Source of the DNA: Acidobacteriota bacterium
GTDB taxonomy: Bacteria > Acidobacteriota > Thermoanaerobaculia > Multivoradales > UBA5704
NCBI GenBank assembly: GCA_034666985.1
Contig: JAXDKS010000034.1
Location: 20,889 to 84,888 of the forward strand
Reading direction: 5' to 3'
DNA: 64,000 nucleotides
This document shows positions 1-10,853 of the stretch, one piece after another. Position 1 is the first letter of the stretch, and every line of letters begins with the position of its first letter. Both the position numbers and the translations under genes were made by a program. The notes beneath the pieces were generated by a model. The model saw nothing but the letters and a program-made list of their open reading frames with translations. It made no database searches and was not told the DNA's origin.

Positions 1-203
1 AAGTACTCCTCGAGCTGTTGCCGCACCTCGGCGGTGTGGGAGGCGTCCTCGATGACCTCATCCCCCTGAGCCGCCATCCTGGCGGTCAGCTTCTGGGAAT
101 CCCGGCCGTGGCCGAACTCGATGCGGAGCACGGCGCCGTCCTCATCGACGACGCAGATCAGGGGGCCGCAGGGGCTGTCGACGGTGGTGGTGTACAAGGT
201 CAT
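1..203 (-). CDS. ogt: Methylated-DNA-protein-cysteine methyltransferase, N-terminal part (gene runs off the window start); its ATG at 203..201 overlaps the alkA stop as ATGA
   Basis: Minus-strand translation from 203 gives MTLYTTTVDSPCGPLICVVDEDGAVLRIEFGHG...QQLEEY, which has the typical Ogt N-terminal (SPxGxL...I.F...QLxEYF). It is translationally coupled to the upstream alkA. Confidence 0.6.
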   Translation of the reverse strand, partial: MTLYTTTVDSPCGPLICVVDEDGAVLRIEFGHGRDSQKLTARMAAQGDEVIEDASHTAEVRQQLEEY

Positions 204-1135
204 GCTTCACCTCCGAGGGATTGCCAGAAGTGGAAAGTGGCCCAGCTTCGATAGGGGGCGAAGGGCCGCATGAGCTCCCGCGTCGCGGCGGCGTCCGGCC
301 GGTCGGGGAGGGAGAAGAACTTGGCGAGGCCGCGCACCAGGCCGGAGTCGCCTACCGGCACGCAGTCCTCGAAGCCGAAGGCCCTCATCATCACGTAGTG
401 GGCGGACCAGGGGCCGAGGCCGCGCACGGCCAGGAGCGCGGCTTCGACCTCGGCGGCCGGGGCCGTGGCCAGGCGGTCGAGGTCCAGCTCGCCGGCGACG
501 ATCCGCTGGGCGACGCCCGTCAGGTACTCCGCCTTGCGCCGGGAGTACTGGACCTTCGCCAGCTCCTCGACTTCGAGATTGGCGACCGCCTCGGGCCTGG
601 GCGGCGCGAAGAGCCCGCCGGGAGCGGGAGCGCCGGCCCGCTCCACCAGCCGGCGGCGCAGGGTGAAGGCGAAGGCGAGGTTGATCTGCTGGCCGAGGAT
701 GGCCCAGGTCAGGCCGTCGAACGGGTCGGGCGTCTGAAGGATGCGCCAGCCGCGCCGGCCGGCGATCAGAGGCGCCAACTCGGGAGAGGCCGCGACGTGG
801 CTCTCAAAGGGCTCGGGATCGAGGTTCAGCCCGAGGAGGCGCAGCAGGTGATCGTGGGCGCGGGGCCCCGCGTCCGGAGGCAGGGGGCCGCGGGCCTCCA
901 GCGTGGCATGGGCGACCCGGGGCCCCATCTCCACCCGCAAAGCGGCGGGCGTGGCGCCGACCCAGAGGCCGAGTGCGAAGCTCCGCCCCTCCACCCGCGT
1001 GGTGAGGCTGCCGGGGTCCCGCCCCAGATACTTGAGCACCTGGGCGATCGGATAGCCGCGCGGGAGCGGCAGGCGAAAGGTGGCAACACTCGGAGCCATG
1101 GCGGGAATATAGCGGAAGGTGGCCCGCCGATCCAC
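200..1135 (-). CDS. alkA: DNA-3-methyladenine glycosylase II (HhH-GPD family, AlkA-like)
   Basis: A 311-aa ORF with the HhH-GPD core (WTAILGQQINLAFAFTLRRRLVE...GLGPWSAHYVMMRAFG..D). The exact start is uncertain; an alternative Met lies 36 nt downstream. Confidence 0.75.
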   Translation of the reverse strand: MDRRATFRYIPAMAPSVATFRLPLPRGYPIAQVLKYLGRDPGSLTTRVEGRSFALGLWVGATPAALRVEMGPRVAHATLEARGPLPPDAGPRAHDHLLRLLGLNLDPEPFESHVAASPELAPLIAGRRGWRILQTPDPFDGLTWAILGQQINLAFAFTLRRRLVERAGAPAPGGLFAPPRPEAVANLEVEELAKVQYSRRKAEYLTGVAQRIVAGELDLDRLATAPAAEVEAALLAVRGLGPWSAHYVMMRAFGFEDCVPVGDSGLVRGLAKFFSLPDRPDAAATRELMRPFAPYRSWATFHFWQSLGGEA

Positions 1136-1281
1136 CCGATTCTTGCTAGGAAATCACTACGGTGCTGCCGATAAACTGCCGATGAGATGCCGATAACCTG
1201 CCGATAAACGGTAAGCGCGGCGCGACGGGAGGGATCGGCGATTTCGATGCCGGAGCCGTTCTCCCGCTACAATCCCCGCCC

Positions 1282-2430
1282 ATGACGGCAGATCCCCGGG
1301 CCTACGTGCCGATCGACAGCGACAAGGCCCTGGCCGAGGTGGCTCAGGGGTGGGCCGAGGCGCCATTGCTGGGCCTCGACACCGAGTTCATCCGCACCAA
1401 CACGTTCTTCCATCGCCTGGGGCTCATCCAGGTCTCCGACGGCCGCACCTCCTGGCTGGTCGATCCCCTTGCCGCCCGCGACCTCTCGCCCCTGGCGGCG
1501 GTCTTCCGCTCGCCGGGGGTCAAGATCCTGCACTCGGCGAGCGAGGACATGGAGGTCTTCTACCGCGCTCTCGGCGTCCTGCCCGAGCCGCTCTTCGATA
1601 CCCAGATCGCCGGCGCCCTGGCTGGGGCCGGCGCCTTCTTGAGCTATCAGAAGCTCGTAGCCACCTACCTCGGGGTCGAGCTGGCCAAGGAGGAGACCCG
1701 CACCGACTGGCTCGCGCGCCCCCTCTCCCCCGCCCAGCTCGCCTACGCCGCCGAGGACGTGGCCTACCTGATCCCGCTCTACGAGAGGCTGACCGCCGAG
1801 CTGGGAGAGCTCGGGCGCCTGTCGTGGCCGTTCGAGGACTCGGCGGCCCTGGTCGACACCTCCCGCTTCGCGGAGGACTCCGAGGCGGCTTACCTCCGCG
1901 TCAAGGGGGCCGGGAGGCTCGACCGCCGGCAACTCGCCGCGCTCCAGACGCTGGCGGCGTGGCGAGACCGCGAGGCCCGGCGGCGCGACCTGCCCAGGAG
2001 CTTCGTGCTCAAGGACGACCTGCTCCTGGCCCTGGCCACGCGCCGGCCGGCGAACGAGCGGGAGCTCCAGAAGCTGCCCTCTCAGGACGCCCGGCAGGTG
2101 GCCCGGGATGGCGCCGTCTGGCTTCAGCTCCTGGAGGAGGCCGCGGCCCGGCTGGACGAGGAGCTGCCGCCGCGGATCACCGGCAAGCCCCTGTCGCCCG
2201 CCGTGCGCGACCTGGAGAACCGGCTGCGCGATCGGGTGCGGGAGAAGGCCGCGGCCCTGAACGTCCCGCCCGAGATCCTGGCCCCCCGCCGCACCCTGGA
2301 TGCCCTGATGCGGCTCACAGTGGGGAAGCCCGATCCCCGGCTTCCCCGAGAGCTCCAGGGCTGGCGGCGGGAGGTGATTGGCGAGGACCTCCTGCGCGAG
2401 GCCCTCGCCGTGACGCCGCCAGAGGCGTGA
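1282..2430 (+). CDS. rnd: Ribonuclease D (DEDDy 3'-5' exonuclease domain plus HRDC domain)
   Basis: LGLDTEFIRTNTFFHRLGLIQV...ILHSASEDMEVF...YAAEDVAYL motifs are followed by HRDC-like RRQLAALQTLAAWRDREARRRDLPRSFVLKDDLLLALA. Confidence 0.85.
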   Translation: MTADPRAYVPIDSDKALAEVAQGWAEAPLLGLDTEFIRTNTFFHRLGLIQVSDGRTSWLVDPLAARDLSPLAAVFRSPGVKILHSASEDMEVFYRALGVLPEPLFDTQIAGALAGAGAFLSYQKLVATYLGVELAKEETRTDWLARPLSPAQLAYAAEDVAYLIPLYERLTAELGELGRLSWPFEDSAALVDTSRFAEDSEAAYLRVKGAGRLDRRQLAALQTLAAWRDREARRRDLPRSFVLKDDLLLALATRRPANERELQKLPSQDARQVARDGAVWLQLLEEAAARLDEELPPRITGKPLSPAVRDLENRLRDRVREKAAALNVPPEILAPRRTLDALMRLTVGKPDPRLPRELQGWRREVIGEDLLREALAVTPPEA

Positions 2431-2527
2431 TTCAGTGGATGCGCGGTCCGTCCGAAATGTTTCTCGTCTCTCTTGAGCCGTCCGCCCCCGGATGGTAGTT
2501 TGACCCCGGAGGAGAACGGCAGGATCG

Positions 2528-4051
2528 ATGCGGAAGAGTCTCGTTGCATGGATAGTGGTGGCGGGGGCCCTGTGGCTGGCGTCGCGGAGCGGCGCCACGG
2601 TGCTCCGCTTCGACACCGCCGAGATCGTGCTGCGCTCCACCGCGACCTTCAACGCCGCCTCCGGCACCCCGAATCCGTTCACCGACGTCGACCTGACGGC
2701 ACGGGTGACCTCGCCCTCGGGCCGCGTCTTCAACGTCCGCGGGTTTTTCGACGGGGACGGCGCGGGCGGGGCCGTGGGCAGCGTGTTCAAGATCCGCGTC
2801 TACGCCGACGAGCCCGGCACCTGGCGCTGGGCCACCCTCAGCGACACAGAGGGGCTGAACGGCAAGAACGGCACGTTCTCCTGCGCGGGCACGCTGCCGG
2901 GCCCCTTCGGTGCCGGCCCGGTGGTGAAGAACCCGGAGCGGCCGCGCACGTTCAAGTATCAGTACGGCCGCCCGGTCTACCTGCTGGGCAAGTTCCTCGA
3001 CGCCGACGCGCCGTCGCCCCTCCAGTTCTCCCACACACTGCTCTCCGAGCGGCTCACCGACGTGGACCGCCAGGCGATGCTCGACCGTCATCTCGCCATG
3101 AAGCTCAACAAGATGAACGTCTACCTGGCCAACCGGGGGGACTATGGCGGCGTCTCCACGACGCCCTGGACGGGCTCGGCCGCAACTCCCGACCGGCGGC
3201 GTTTCGACCTCGGACGCTGGAAGACGTTCGAGACCTGGGTGCGCAAGCTGCGCGACGCCGGGATGGTGGCCCAACTCTGGTTCTTCGCCGACGACTCGGG
3301 CTTCGGCGATCTTCCGCAGGCCGACCGCCGCCTGCTGATCCAGTACGGCATGGCCCGCCTGTCGGGTTATGGGAACACGATGCTCACCCTGGCGCTGGAG
3401 TGGCAGGAGGGGTGGTCTGCTGCGGAGGTGGCGGAGTCCATGGCCTATCTGCGGTCGCAGAATCCCTGGGGCCGGCTGGCGTCGGTCCACGGCGTGACCG
3501 GTGATTTCTCCTTCCCCGCCGCGGACTGGGCCGACTACCTGGATACGCAGGCGGGCAACGACGCGGGACACGCGGATATCCACGAGCACGGGCTGCGCAA
3601 CCGCGCCCTGGCGGCCAAGCCCCTGATCCAGGAAGAGATCGGGCTCGGCGGCGAGGACGCCGCCCTGCGCAGGAAGTCCTGGGCCGCGTTCACGGCCGGC
3701 GCCGGCGGCTCCGGCTCGGGGGCTTTCCTGAAGCCCCTGGCGGACTTCGTCGCCCAGATCGCCTTCGAGCGCATGGACCCGGCCGACGAGCTGGCCCTGT
3801 CGCGCAACGCCTACGTCCTGGCGGAACAGGGACGGGCCTACGTCGTCTACCTCTACGACGGCGGCACCGTGCAACTGGATCTGCGGTGGGCCGCCAGCAC
3901 CTTCGACGTTCAGTGGTACGACCCGCGGCAGGGGGGCTTCCGCCCTGTCGGAGTCGTGATCGGAGGCCGGGCGCGGAGCTTCATCGCTCCCGCCGGCGGT
4001 GACTGGGTTCTCTACCTACGGTCTCGCTTTTCCTCGCCTCCTCCTATTTAG
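2528..4051 (+). CDS. Secreted protein with an N-terminal signal peptide, beta-sandwich N-domain and TIM-barrel-like C-domain (DUF5060/DUF4038 glycoside-hydrolase-like architecture)
   Basis: A 507-aa ORF with an N-terminal hydrophobic signal. The family assignment is from recall of the DUF5060+DUF4038 (GH140-like) pattern, not from a computed match. Confidence 0.55.
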   Translation: MRKSLVAWIVVAGALWLASRSGATVLRFDTAEIVLRSTATFNAASGTPNPFTDVDLTARVTSPSGRVFNVRGFFDGDGAGGAVGSVFKIRVYADEPGTWRWATLSDTEGLNGKNGTFSCAGTLPGPFGAGPVVKNPERPRTFKYQYGRPVYLLGKFLDADAPSPLQFSHTLLSERLTDVDRQAMLDRHLAMKLNKMNVYLANRGDYGGVSTTPWTGSAATPDRRRFDLGRWKTFETWVRKLRDAGMVAQLWFFADDSGFGDLPQADRRLLIQYGMARLSGYGNTMLTLALEWQEGWSAAEVAESMAYLRSQNPWGRLASVHGVTGDFSFPAADWADYLDTQAGNDAGHADIHEHGLRNRALAAKPLIQEEIGLGGEDAALRRKSWAAFTAGAGGSGSGAFLKPLADFVAQIAFERMDPADELALSRNAYVLAEQGRAYVVYLYDGGTVQLDLRWAASTFDVQWYDPRQGGFRPVGVVIGGRARSFIAPAGGDWVLYLRSRFSSPPPI

Positions 4052-4081
4052 CAGAATTCTTGAATGCGTTAGACTCATGTC

Positions 4082-4549
4082 ATGACAATCGATGACGAGG
4101 TGAGGCGGGCGACGAAGTTGCTGGAGACCGTCATGCAGGCGGCCGGGCTGACGCGGAAGGACCTGGATCAGAAGCTCGGAGCGGGACCGGGGTACGTCAG
4201 CCAGGTGCTGACGGGCAGGATGGAGCTGAAGCTCCGGCACATCCTCGCCATCCTGCACGCTCTGGAGGTAGAGCCCAGCGTCTTCTTCCAGACGCTGTAC
4301 CCGGAGAACCGGCCGTCGACGGACGCGGTGGTGATGGAGGAGTTCCTGCGGCGGTTCCAGCGGCTGGGCTTCGGCGCCCCCCCGGCCCCGCCGGCGCCAT
4401 CCCTGGACCCCCAGGAGCTCGAAAAGCTCATTCAGAGCGCCGTCCGCGCGGCCCTCTCCGAGCCGCCGGAGCGGGATGAAGAGGGCGCGTCGGGAGAAAA
4501 GCCGGGCAAAGGCCGGAGCTCCCGGAGCCGGACGACGCCGAAAGACTAG
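4082..4549 (+). CDS. XRE-family helix-turn-helix transcriptional regulator
   Basis: HTH_XRE signature LTRKDLDQKLGAGPGYVSQVLTGRMELKLRHILAILHAL; the C-terminal tail is Pro/Ala-rich. Confidence 0.7.
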   Translation: MTIDDEVRRATKLLETVMQAAGLTRKDLDQKLGAGPGYVSQVLTGRMELKLRHILAILHALEVEPSVFFQTLYPENRPSTDAVVMEEFLRRFQRLGFGAPPAPPAPSLDPQELEKLIQSAVRAALSEPPERDEEGASGEKPGKGRSSRSRTTPKD

Positions 4550-5949
4550 GGGCCGGCCGGATGCCGGAGGGTACTGGGCGATCGATCCAGCCGCCAGATC
4601 TCGGTCGTCACCGTCCGCAGCAGGGACTCCGTCACTCGATCCTTGTGCAGGGCTTCCTTGAACATCAGCAGCGCCCCGAGGGCCTCGCGGCGGATGCCGT
4701 TGGAGCGGAAGGCGGCCACCAACTCGTCGACCATGTGCCGAACCTCTGTGGTCCGTCCCTGGCGCAGCCAGAGGGCCGCCAGATGGAGGGAGATCAGGGC
4801 GATATCGGAGAGCAGGCCGGCGGCCTCGAATCCCTCCCGCACCCGCAGGAAGGAGCGTTCGGCCTCCTCGTCGTCGCCGAGGCCCGCCGCGATGTTCCCT
4901 TCGAGCCAGAGGACCCTCAGATCGTCAAAGCGTCCGCCGTAGGCGGCGTAGAGCGCCCGGAGGTTGCCGATCAGGGCTTGCGCCTCCGCACTCCGGCCGC
5001 AGTCGACCAGGCAGTGGAGCAGGTTGTGGGTCGCGGCGAGGACGATCTTCGGCTCGCGGCCCGCATCGATCTGCCGCAATCCTTGTCCCAGGTACTCCAC
5101 TGCCCGCTCGGATTCGAAGGCGTAGCCGAGCGCCATGCCCTGGCTGATGAGGGCCCGTCCCGCGGCATGGGGGTCGCCGTGCTGGCGGTGGATGGCCTGC
5201 ACACAGTCGAGGAGGAGGATCGCCTCGTCGAGCTTCCGCTGGTCCATATAGAGGGAGGCGGTGAGGTCCATGAGCCGGGCGAGCAGCAGGGGATCGCCGG
5301 TGCCGCGGCCAGCGATCTCCAGGGCCTGAGCGAGGTCGGCCTCGGCCGCCGAGAGGCAGTCGGCGACTCGGCGGGCGTTGCCCAACTCGGCCCTGGCACG
5401 GGCCCGCAGGTCGGCCGTCTCCGGGTCCACGCCGGAGTCGGCTTCCACGCGTTCGGCGATCTGGACCGCCAGCGAGGCGGCGAGGACCATCCCTTCCGGA
5501 TCGCTGTTGCTCAGGGCCCGGCAGAGCTCGAAGAGGGACTCGCACCGCTCGCGGTCGCCACGCGCCCCCGACGCCGCCGGCTCGGGCGCGGGGACCTCCC
5601 GGGGGAACAGCCTGAGCCGTCCGTCCGCTTCGGACCCCTCGCGGGCCAGGGCTCCGGCGTAGCGCCGGGCCGTGGAGAAGGCCTTGAAGAGAGGGAAATC
5701 ATACTCCGCGCCGTCGCCGGGAACCGGCTCGGGCACTCTCCGGTCGGCGGCCAGCACCAGCGACGCGAGAGGCGCCATCCGCTGGCGGCAGTGGTTGCAG
5801 CCGCGTATCAGGTGCGCGATCACCGGGGTTGCCTGGCGAGACGACATCTCGCCGAGCAGGAAGCACTCAAGCTCAGCGGCGCTGGGATGGCGTTCACCCC
5901 GATCTCCTCCTCTGGCCATAGGACCCTCCCCGAAGAAAAAAGATGTCAC
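4546..5949 (-). CDS. Putative anti-sigma-factor-like protein: N-terminal zf-HC2 zinc finger plus TPR-like helical repeats
   Basis: ELECFLLGEMS...HLIRGCNHCRQRM resembles the anti-sigma zf-HC2 motif; the remainder is alpha-helical repeat. No sigma factor is adjacent. Confidence 0.55.
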   Translation of the reverse strand: MTSFFFGEGPMARGGDRGERHPSAAELECFLLGEMSSRQATPVIAHLIRGCNHCRQRMAPLASLVLAADRRVPEPVPGDGAEYDFPLFKAFSTARRYAGALAREGSEADGRLRLFPREVPAPEPAASGARGDRERCESLFELCRALSNSDPEGMVLAASLAVQIAERVEADSGVDPETADLRARARAELGNARRVADCLSAAEADLAQALEIAGRGTGDPLLLARLMDLTASLYMDQRKLDEAILLLDCVQAIHRQHGDPHAAGRALISQGMALGYAFESERAVEYLGQGLRQIDAGREPKIVLAATHNLLHCLVDCGRSAEAQALIGNLRALYAAYGGRFDDLRVLWLEGNIAAGLGDDEEAERSFLRVREGFEAAGLLSDIALISLHLAALWLRQGRTTEVRHMVDELVAAFRSNGIRREALGALLMFKEALHKDRVTESLLRTVTTEIWRLDRSPSTLRHPAGP

Positions 5950-6041
5950 GCAATTCTCTCACAGTTTTCACGCCGAAGGAGCGTCTGCACTCGCATTGGC
6001 CCGCACCGCTCCCCCGGAGGGAGCGGTGCGGGGGAGCCCCC

Positions 6042-6359
6042 TCAGCCGTTGGGGTCGATCATGGGGCCGTGATCCGCATTGTCCAGCAACGGGTCGACGA
6101 CGACATCACCGGGGTTCAGGGGCAGCCTGGTGCCGCTCTTCTCGTGTGTGCCGCGGACGCCGACCCGGTCTCCGGGGGCCGGGATGCCCAGCCAGTCCAG
6201 GAGCTGATCGAGCAGGGACACACCGGTGACGATAGGGACCCGGAGAGTGTGCGGCCGATGGGCGGAGGTCGGCCCGGAGGCGGCCAGCGCGGGGGCGGCG
6301 ACGAGGACCAGGAGCAGCGCGACGGCGACCGTGAGGCGTCGGACGATGAGGTAAGACAT
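6042..6359 (-). CDS. Small secreted hypothetical protein
   Basis: An internal Met start with a strong RBS (GGAAAGGAGGGATTTGCG ATG); signal peptide MSYLIVRRLTVAVALLLVLVAAPALA. Confidence 0.5.
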   Translation of the reverse strand: MSYLIVRRLTVAVALLLVLVAAPALAASGPTSAHRPHTLRVPIVTGVSLLDQLLDWLGIPAPGDRVGVRGTHEKSGTRLPLNPGDVVVDPLLDNADHGPMIDPNG

Positions 6360-6716
6360 CGCAAATCCCTCCTTTCCGAGGGCCGGCCGGAGTCCTCCAT
6401 TGGCCTCCGGGCCCGCGGGGAATCTCAAGTGACGAGTTGCTGGGCGTATTGTGCGACAGAAGATCACGATTCGTCCGGCGATCAGACCCCCAGTTGAGAT
6501 TAGCACGGCTTTCAGAGCTTCCAGAGACACTTTCTCTTTCTTCAGTGCTTCCAGGTCACCCAAAGGAGTCACCGCGGCTCCGGCGGAGGGGAAAACCCTC
6601 GCCGAGGCCCCCCGGAGGCCGCTCCCGCTTGACAGGGTTCAGGCAGGAGTGTACAAAATCCCGGTTACGAGCTCCGAAAGAAGGGACCCGGCACGGAGGG
6701 AGAGGAGTCGATCCTC

Positions 6717-8318
6717 GTGAAGATGTCCCGGTTCATCTCCCGCGGTTTGATCTCCCGTGCTTTGCAGCTCGTGGGGACCGCGGCGGTCTTCGCTCTCGCC
6801 AGCCGGTTCTCCTCCCTCTTCAGCCTGCCCTCGGGCGCCTCGTTCCTCTTCCCGCCCGCGGGGGTGGCGCTGGCGGCGGCCGCCGCCTTCGGCCCTTGGG
6901 GCGTGGCCGGCGTGATGCTGGGCGTCCTCTGCTCCCCGTGGGGAGCGGCGTCTACCGCCTCCGGGCTCCTCCTGTTCTGTCTGGTCAACGGCCTCTCGGC
7001 GGCCATCACGGCCCGCGCCCTGCGCCAGCCCTTGCGGGGCACGGGCACGCGGCTGCGCCGGGCCTTTCTCTACGGCTGTCTGCTCAACAACCTGATCTCG
7101 GCGGTGGCCGGCACCCTGGCGCTGGCCCTCCTCGGCCGGCTGCCGTGGACGTTGCAGCCGCTGGCCAGGAATCTCTTCTCCTGGTGGACGAGCGATCTCA
7201 TGGCGGCCCTGGTGCTGGGGTTGCCGGCTATCCTCTGGCTGCGGCCGGAGCTGCTGCTGACGGACGGCCACCGCGAGCTGCTCCGCGGCTGGCTGCACAA
7301 CCGCTCTGCCGTCCTGGAGTGCGTGCTGATGACCCTCGCCGGGATCACGGCCATCGTCACCGTCGACCGGCTGGGCTGGGCCTTCCCTCACTGGCTCGCC
7401 ATCCCGCTGGTGATCCCCGTGGCCCTGGCCGCCATCCAGGGCGGCGCTGGCGCCGCCCTGGTGGTGAACTCGTTCGCCTCGGTGGCCTACCTGACCGTCT
7501 CGGTGCTCTCCGCCGGCCGCGATCCGGCCGCCCTCCAGCAGGCTCTGGCTCCGGTGTACACCACGGTGGGCGTGCTCAGCATGTTCGCCCTGGGAGGCGG
7601 TTGGCTCGCCGGCCGCAACCGCCTGCTGCTCGCCAAGGTGCGGGCCCACGAGCAGCAGCTCGAACGGGACTTCGAGCGCACCGTGGCGTCGCTGGCGGCG
7701 GCCATCGAAGCCAAGGACCCCACCACCGAGGGGCACGTGCAGCGGGTGGCCCACCTGGCGGTGCTGGTGGGCCGGCGTCTCGCCATGGACGAGCGCGAGC
7801 TGCGCCTGCTGCGCTACGGCGCCATGCTGCACGACGTGGGCAAGATCGGCGTGCCCGAGCGCATCCTCAACAAGCCCGGCAGCCTGACGCCCGCCGAGAA
7901 GACGGCCATGGAGGAGCACGTGGAGATCGGCCTGCGCATCATCCGCGACGTCGAGGTGCTGCGCGAGGTCGATCCCCTGATCCGCTACCACCAGGAGCGC
8001 TGGGATGGCGCCCGCACCGGCGTCCGCTATCCTGGCTACTTCGGCCTGGCGGGCGAGCAGATCCCCCTGGGCGCCCGCATCCTCTCCGTGGTGGACGCCT
8101 TCGACGCCATCACTCACGACCGTCCCTACCGCCGCGGCGCTCCCGTCGAGGTCGCCCTCCAGGAGCTGCGGCGTGAGGCCGGCCGCCAGTTCGATCCCCG
8201 GCTGGTGGAGATCCTCGACCAGATCCTGCGCGACGGCGAATGGCTGCGCACGGTCGAGGTGCCGGCGCTGTCGGCGGGTTACGCGGCGAGGGCGGGGCGC
8301 TATCCCGTGAACTTGTAG
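6717..8318 (+). CDS. Membrane-anchored HD-GYP domain phosphodiesterase (multi-TM sensor domain plus HD-GYP)
   Basis: GTG start preceded by GGAGGGAGAGGAG. The N-terminal about 300 aa is polytopic membrane. The C-terminal has the HD motif ([26 protein letters not shown]) and the [23 protein letters not shown] signature. Confidence 0.8.
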   Translation: MKMSRFISRGLISRALQLVGTAAVFALASRFSSLFSLPSGASFLFPPAGVALAAAAAFGPWGVAGVMLGVLCSPWGAASTASGLLLFCLVNGLSAAITARALRQPLRGTGTRLRRAFLYGCLLNNLISAVAGTLALALLGRLPWTLQPLARNLFSWWTSDLMAALVLGLPAILWLRPELLLTDGHRELLRGWLHNRSAVLECVLMTLAGITAIVTVDRLGWAFPHWLAIPLVIPVALAAIQGGAGAALVVNSFASVAYLTVSVLSAGRDPAALQQALAPVYTTVGVLSMFALGGGWLAGRNRLLLAKVRAHEQQLERDFERTVASLAAAIEAKDPTTEGHVQRVAHLAVLVGRRLAMDERELRLLRYGAMLHDVGKIGVPERILNKPGSLTPAEKTAMEEHVEIGLRIIRDVEVLREVDPLIRYHQERWDGARTGVRYPGYFGLAGEQIPLGARILSVVDAFDAITHDRPYRRGAPVEVALQELRREAGRQFDPRLVEILDQILRDGEWLRTVEVPALSAGYAARAGRYPVNL

Positions 8319-9001
8319 CCCAGCCGGTGCACGGTGATGACGTGCTTCGGGTCCGCGGGGTTGTCCTCGATTTTCTTGCGCAGCTTGGCGATGTGCATGT
8401 CCACCGTGCGGGTGAAGGGGATGGCGTTGTAGTCCCACACGGTGTCGAGGAGGGTCTCGCGGGTGACGATCTCGCCGCGGTGCTGGATGAAATAGGCGAG
8501 GAGCTGGAACTCGCGGGGCGACAGGTCGATCTCTGCGTTCCCCTTGCGGGCCTCGTGGCGCTTGAAGTCGATGACCACGTCGCTGAAGCGGTAGGTCTCC
8601 GGTGCCTCGGCCGCGGGGAGAGGGGGCCGCGCCCGGCGCAGCACGGCCTCGGCCCGGGCCAGCAGCTCCATGAAGCCGAAGGGCTTGGTGATGTAGTCGT
8701 CGGCCCCGAGCTTGAGCCCCAGCACCTTGTCGATCTCCTGGCCGCGGGCGGTGAGCATGATGATCGGCACGAGGTTGCCGCCGCTCCTGAGCTGCTTGCA
8801 GATGTCGAGGCCCGTCATTCGGGGCAGCATCACGTCGAGCAGGATGAGGTCCGGCGCCTCGGCGGTGGCGAGCTGAAGCCCGGCCTCGCCGTCGCGCGCC
8901 AGGGTCACCGCATAGCCCTCGTACTGGAAGCCGTCGCGCAGGGCGACGGACATGGCTTCGTCGTCTTCGACGATCAGGACGCGCGTGGTCATCGTGGTCA
9001 T
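8300..9001 (-). CDS. OmpR/PhoB-family DNA-binding response regulator
   Basis: Receiver domain (VLIVEDDE...LILLDVMLP...) plus winged-helix Trans_reg_C ([30 protein letters not shown]...[13 protein letters not shown]). It overlaps the upstream kinase stop. Confidence 0.85.
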   Translation of the reverse strand: MTTMTTRVLIVEDDEAMSVALRDGFQYEGYAVTLARDGEAGLQLATAEAPDLILLDVMLPRMTGLDICKQLRSGGNLVPIIMLTARGQEIDKVLGLKLGADDYITKPFGFMELLARAEAVLRRARPPLPAAEAPETYRFSDVVIDFKRHEARKGNAEIDLSPREFQLLAYFIQHRGEIVTRETLLDTVWDYNAIPFTRTVDMHIAKLRKKIEDNPADPKHVITVHRLGYKFTG

Positions 9002-9011
9002 GAGGATCTCG

Positions 9012-10691
9012 TCAGGCTTCGGAGGGCCGCTCCCGCGCCTCGGCCGGAGCGGCGAGCGGCTGGGTGTCGGGAGCATTGGGAGAGTCGATGGGCAGATGGA
9101 TGGAGAAGGTGCTCCCCTCGCCGGGCCGGCTCTCCACCGTCACCCGGCCGCGGTGGGCGTCGACGATGTGACGGACGATCGAGAGGCCGAGACCGCTCCC
9201 CTTGACGTCGTGGACCAGACCGGTGCTCACGCGGTGGAAGCGGTCGAAGATCTTGCGCTGCTCGTCGCGGGGGATGCCGATCCCCTGGTCGATGACCGAG
9301 ATGACGATCCAGTCGCCGTCGCGGCGCAGGGAGACGGTGATGTCGGTCTTGCCGTTCGCGCTTTTGAGATTCGAATACTTCACGGCGTTGTCCAGCAGGT
9401 TGGAGAGCGACTGGGCGATGGCTCCGGCGTCGATGCGCGCCGGCGGCAGCGGGGTCTCCGCTCCCTGGAGCACGATGTCGAAGCCGCTCTGGCGCAGGCG
9501 CACGCCGAAGGTCTTGAGCGTGCCGCAAACCACCTCGCGGACGTCGCAGCGCTCGAAGTGGTAGGTCTTGCGCCCGGACTCGATGCTGGCGAAGTCCAGG
9601 ATGTTGTTGACGAGCTGGGTCAGGCGCCGGCTCTCGGTCTCGATGTACTCGCCGTACTCGCGGGCCTTCTCCGGACCGTCCACCCGCCCCAGGCGCAGGA
9701 ATTCGGCAAAGACGCGGATCGAGGCCAGCGGCGTGCGCAACTCGTGGGAGACGTTGGAGACGAACTCGTTCTTCATCCGCGACAGCTTCATCTCCCGCGA
9801 CGCCGTGCGCAGGGCGAGGAGCACGCCGCCCACCAGCACCGTCGCCAGCGCGGCCGACAGGCCGACGTTGAGCAGGAAGTTGCGTCGCGCCACCACGGCC
9901 GGCGTAGTGTGGCGGCTGGCGAGGCCGATCGTCCAGTCGGTGAAGACCAGCGAGAAGGGCTTCTGCACCTCCATCCTCCGGCCGGGGAGCGGACCGTTGG
10001 TGTAGACGATCCGCCCCTTGGCGTCGGCCACCGAGACGATGGGCTCCATGTCGCTGGAATCGAAGGTGGCCAGCGATTGCTTGACGGCCTCCGGCAGCAC
10101 GTGGTCGCGGAAGTAGTCCTCGTCGAGCACCATGCCGGCGACGCCCACCACCCGAGAGGAGTCGTCGGTGATGGGGTAGAGGAGGATGCGGTAGTCGGGA
10201 TCCTTCTCCTCGACCATCAGCCGCACCCGCTCCAACCGGCCGCCCTTGTTGGCGAGGATCCGCCATGGCGAGCTGGCCACGTAGACGGCGCGCAGCTCCG
10301 GCGACCAGAGGGGCGGCTGGAAGGTGGCGCAGGAAGGATTGAAATAGAGAGGATGGTCGTCCTCGTTCTGAAACCTCTCCACGAACAGGCGCTTGACTCC
10401 CTCCACCCCCTTCTTCTTGAAGTGGAAGGCCGCCTTGGCGAGCTGGTCCTGGGTGAACACCGCGGCCGGCAGGTCGAGCACCCGCTCGGCGTTGGTGCGG
10501 TAGAAGTAGTCGACGTCCGTGGTGACCGCCTCCAGGAAGTTGTTGAGCCCGGCCTTGTGCACCAGGGTGGCGGTCTGGTCGAGACGCGCCAGCGACCGGT
10601 ACTGGAGCGCCAGCAGCACCAGCAGCGGAATCAGCACGGCGGTGAAACCGATCCACTGGGTATAGCGCTTCAGGGCCGGGGGCAGTCTCAT
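9012..10691 (-). CDS. Sensor histidine kinase with a periplasmic sensing domain
   Basis: The true start is an internal Met ([12 protein letters not shown]) of the 879-aa track ORF. Two TM segments flank an about 270-aa periplasmic domain. HisKA H-box [14 protein letters not shown], HATPase_c N/G boxes [24 protein letters not shown]. Confidence 0.85.
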   Translation of the reverse strand: MRLPPALKRYTQWIGFTAVLIPLLVLLALQYRSLARLDQTATLVHKAGLNNFLEAVTTDVDYFYRTNAERVLDLPAAVFTQDQLAKAAFHFKKKGVEGVKRLFVERFQNEDDHPLYFNPSCATFQPPLWSPELRAVYVASSPWRILANKGGRLERVRLMVEEKDPDYRILLYPITDDSSRVVGVAGMVLDEDYFRDHVLPEAVKQSLATFDSSDMEPIVSVADAKGRIVYTNGPLPGRRMEVQKPFSLVFTDWTIGLASRHTTPAVVARRNFLLNVGLSAALATVLVGGVLLALRTASREMKLSRMKNEFVSNVSHELRTPLASIRVFAEFLRLGRVDGPEKAREYGEYIETESRRLTQLVNNILDFASIESGRKTYHFERCDVREVVCGTLKTFGVRLRQSGFDIVLQGAETPLPPARIDAGAIAQSLSNLLDNAVKYSNLKSANGKTDITVSLRRDGDWIVISVIDQGIGIPRDEQRKIFDRFHRVSTGLVHDVKGSGLGLSIVRHIVDAHRGRVTVESRPGEGSTFSIHLPIDSPNAPDTQPLAAPAEARERPSEA

Positions 10692-10745
10692 GGCTGAGGG
10701 GAAGTCTAGAGCAAAAGGGGACCCCCGGAAGCGGGCGCTCCCCCT

Positions 10746-10801
10746 GTTTACAAATCGGTTACGCCGTTTGCAACGTTTTACGGCGCGTTGAGGACGTTTA
10801 C
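10746..10801. promoter_or_regulatory. Five direct GTTTAC-like hexamers at roughly 10-11 bp phasing in a divergent promoter region; candidate OmpR-family response regulator binding sites
   Basis: GTTTAC 10746, GGTTAC 10757, GTTTGC 10766, GTTTTA 10775, GTTTAC 10796. The array lies between the HK/RR operon start (10691, minus strand) and the lipoprotein gene (10854, plus strand). Confidence 0.3.
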
Positions 10802-10853
10802 GTGGCTGAGCCTCTAGTCTCCCAGCCATGGCGATGGAGACAGGAGGCGAGAA

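Noticed and set aside
1267-2790. 507-aa minus-strand ORF antisense to rnd
   Set aside because: Its low-complexity Arg/Gly/Pro/Ala composition is typical of an antisense frame in 70%-GC DNA. The plus-strand RNase D has clear motifs.
6437-8438. 579-aa plus-strand and 599-aa minus-strand ORFs overlapping the HD-GYP gene
   Set aside because: Low-complexity Arg/Gly/Pro-rich translations. The HD-GYP frame has motif support and an RBS.
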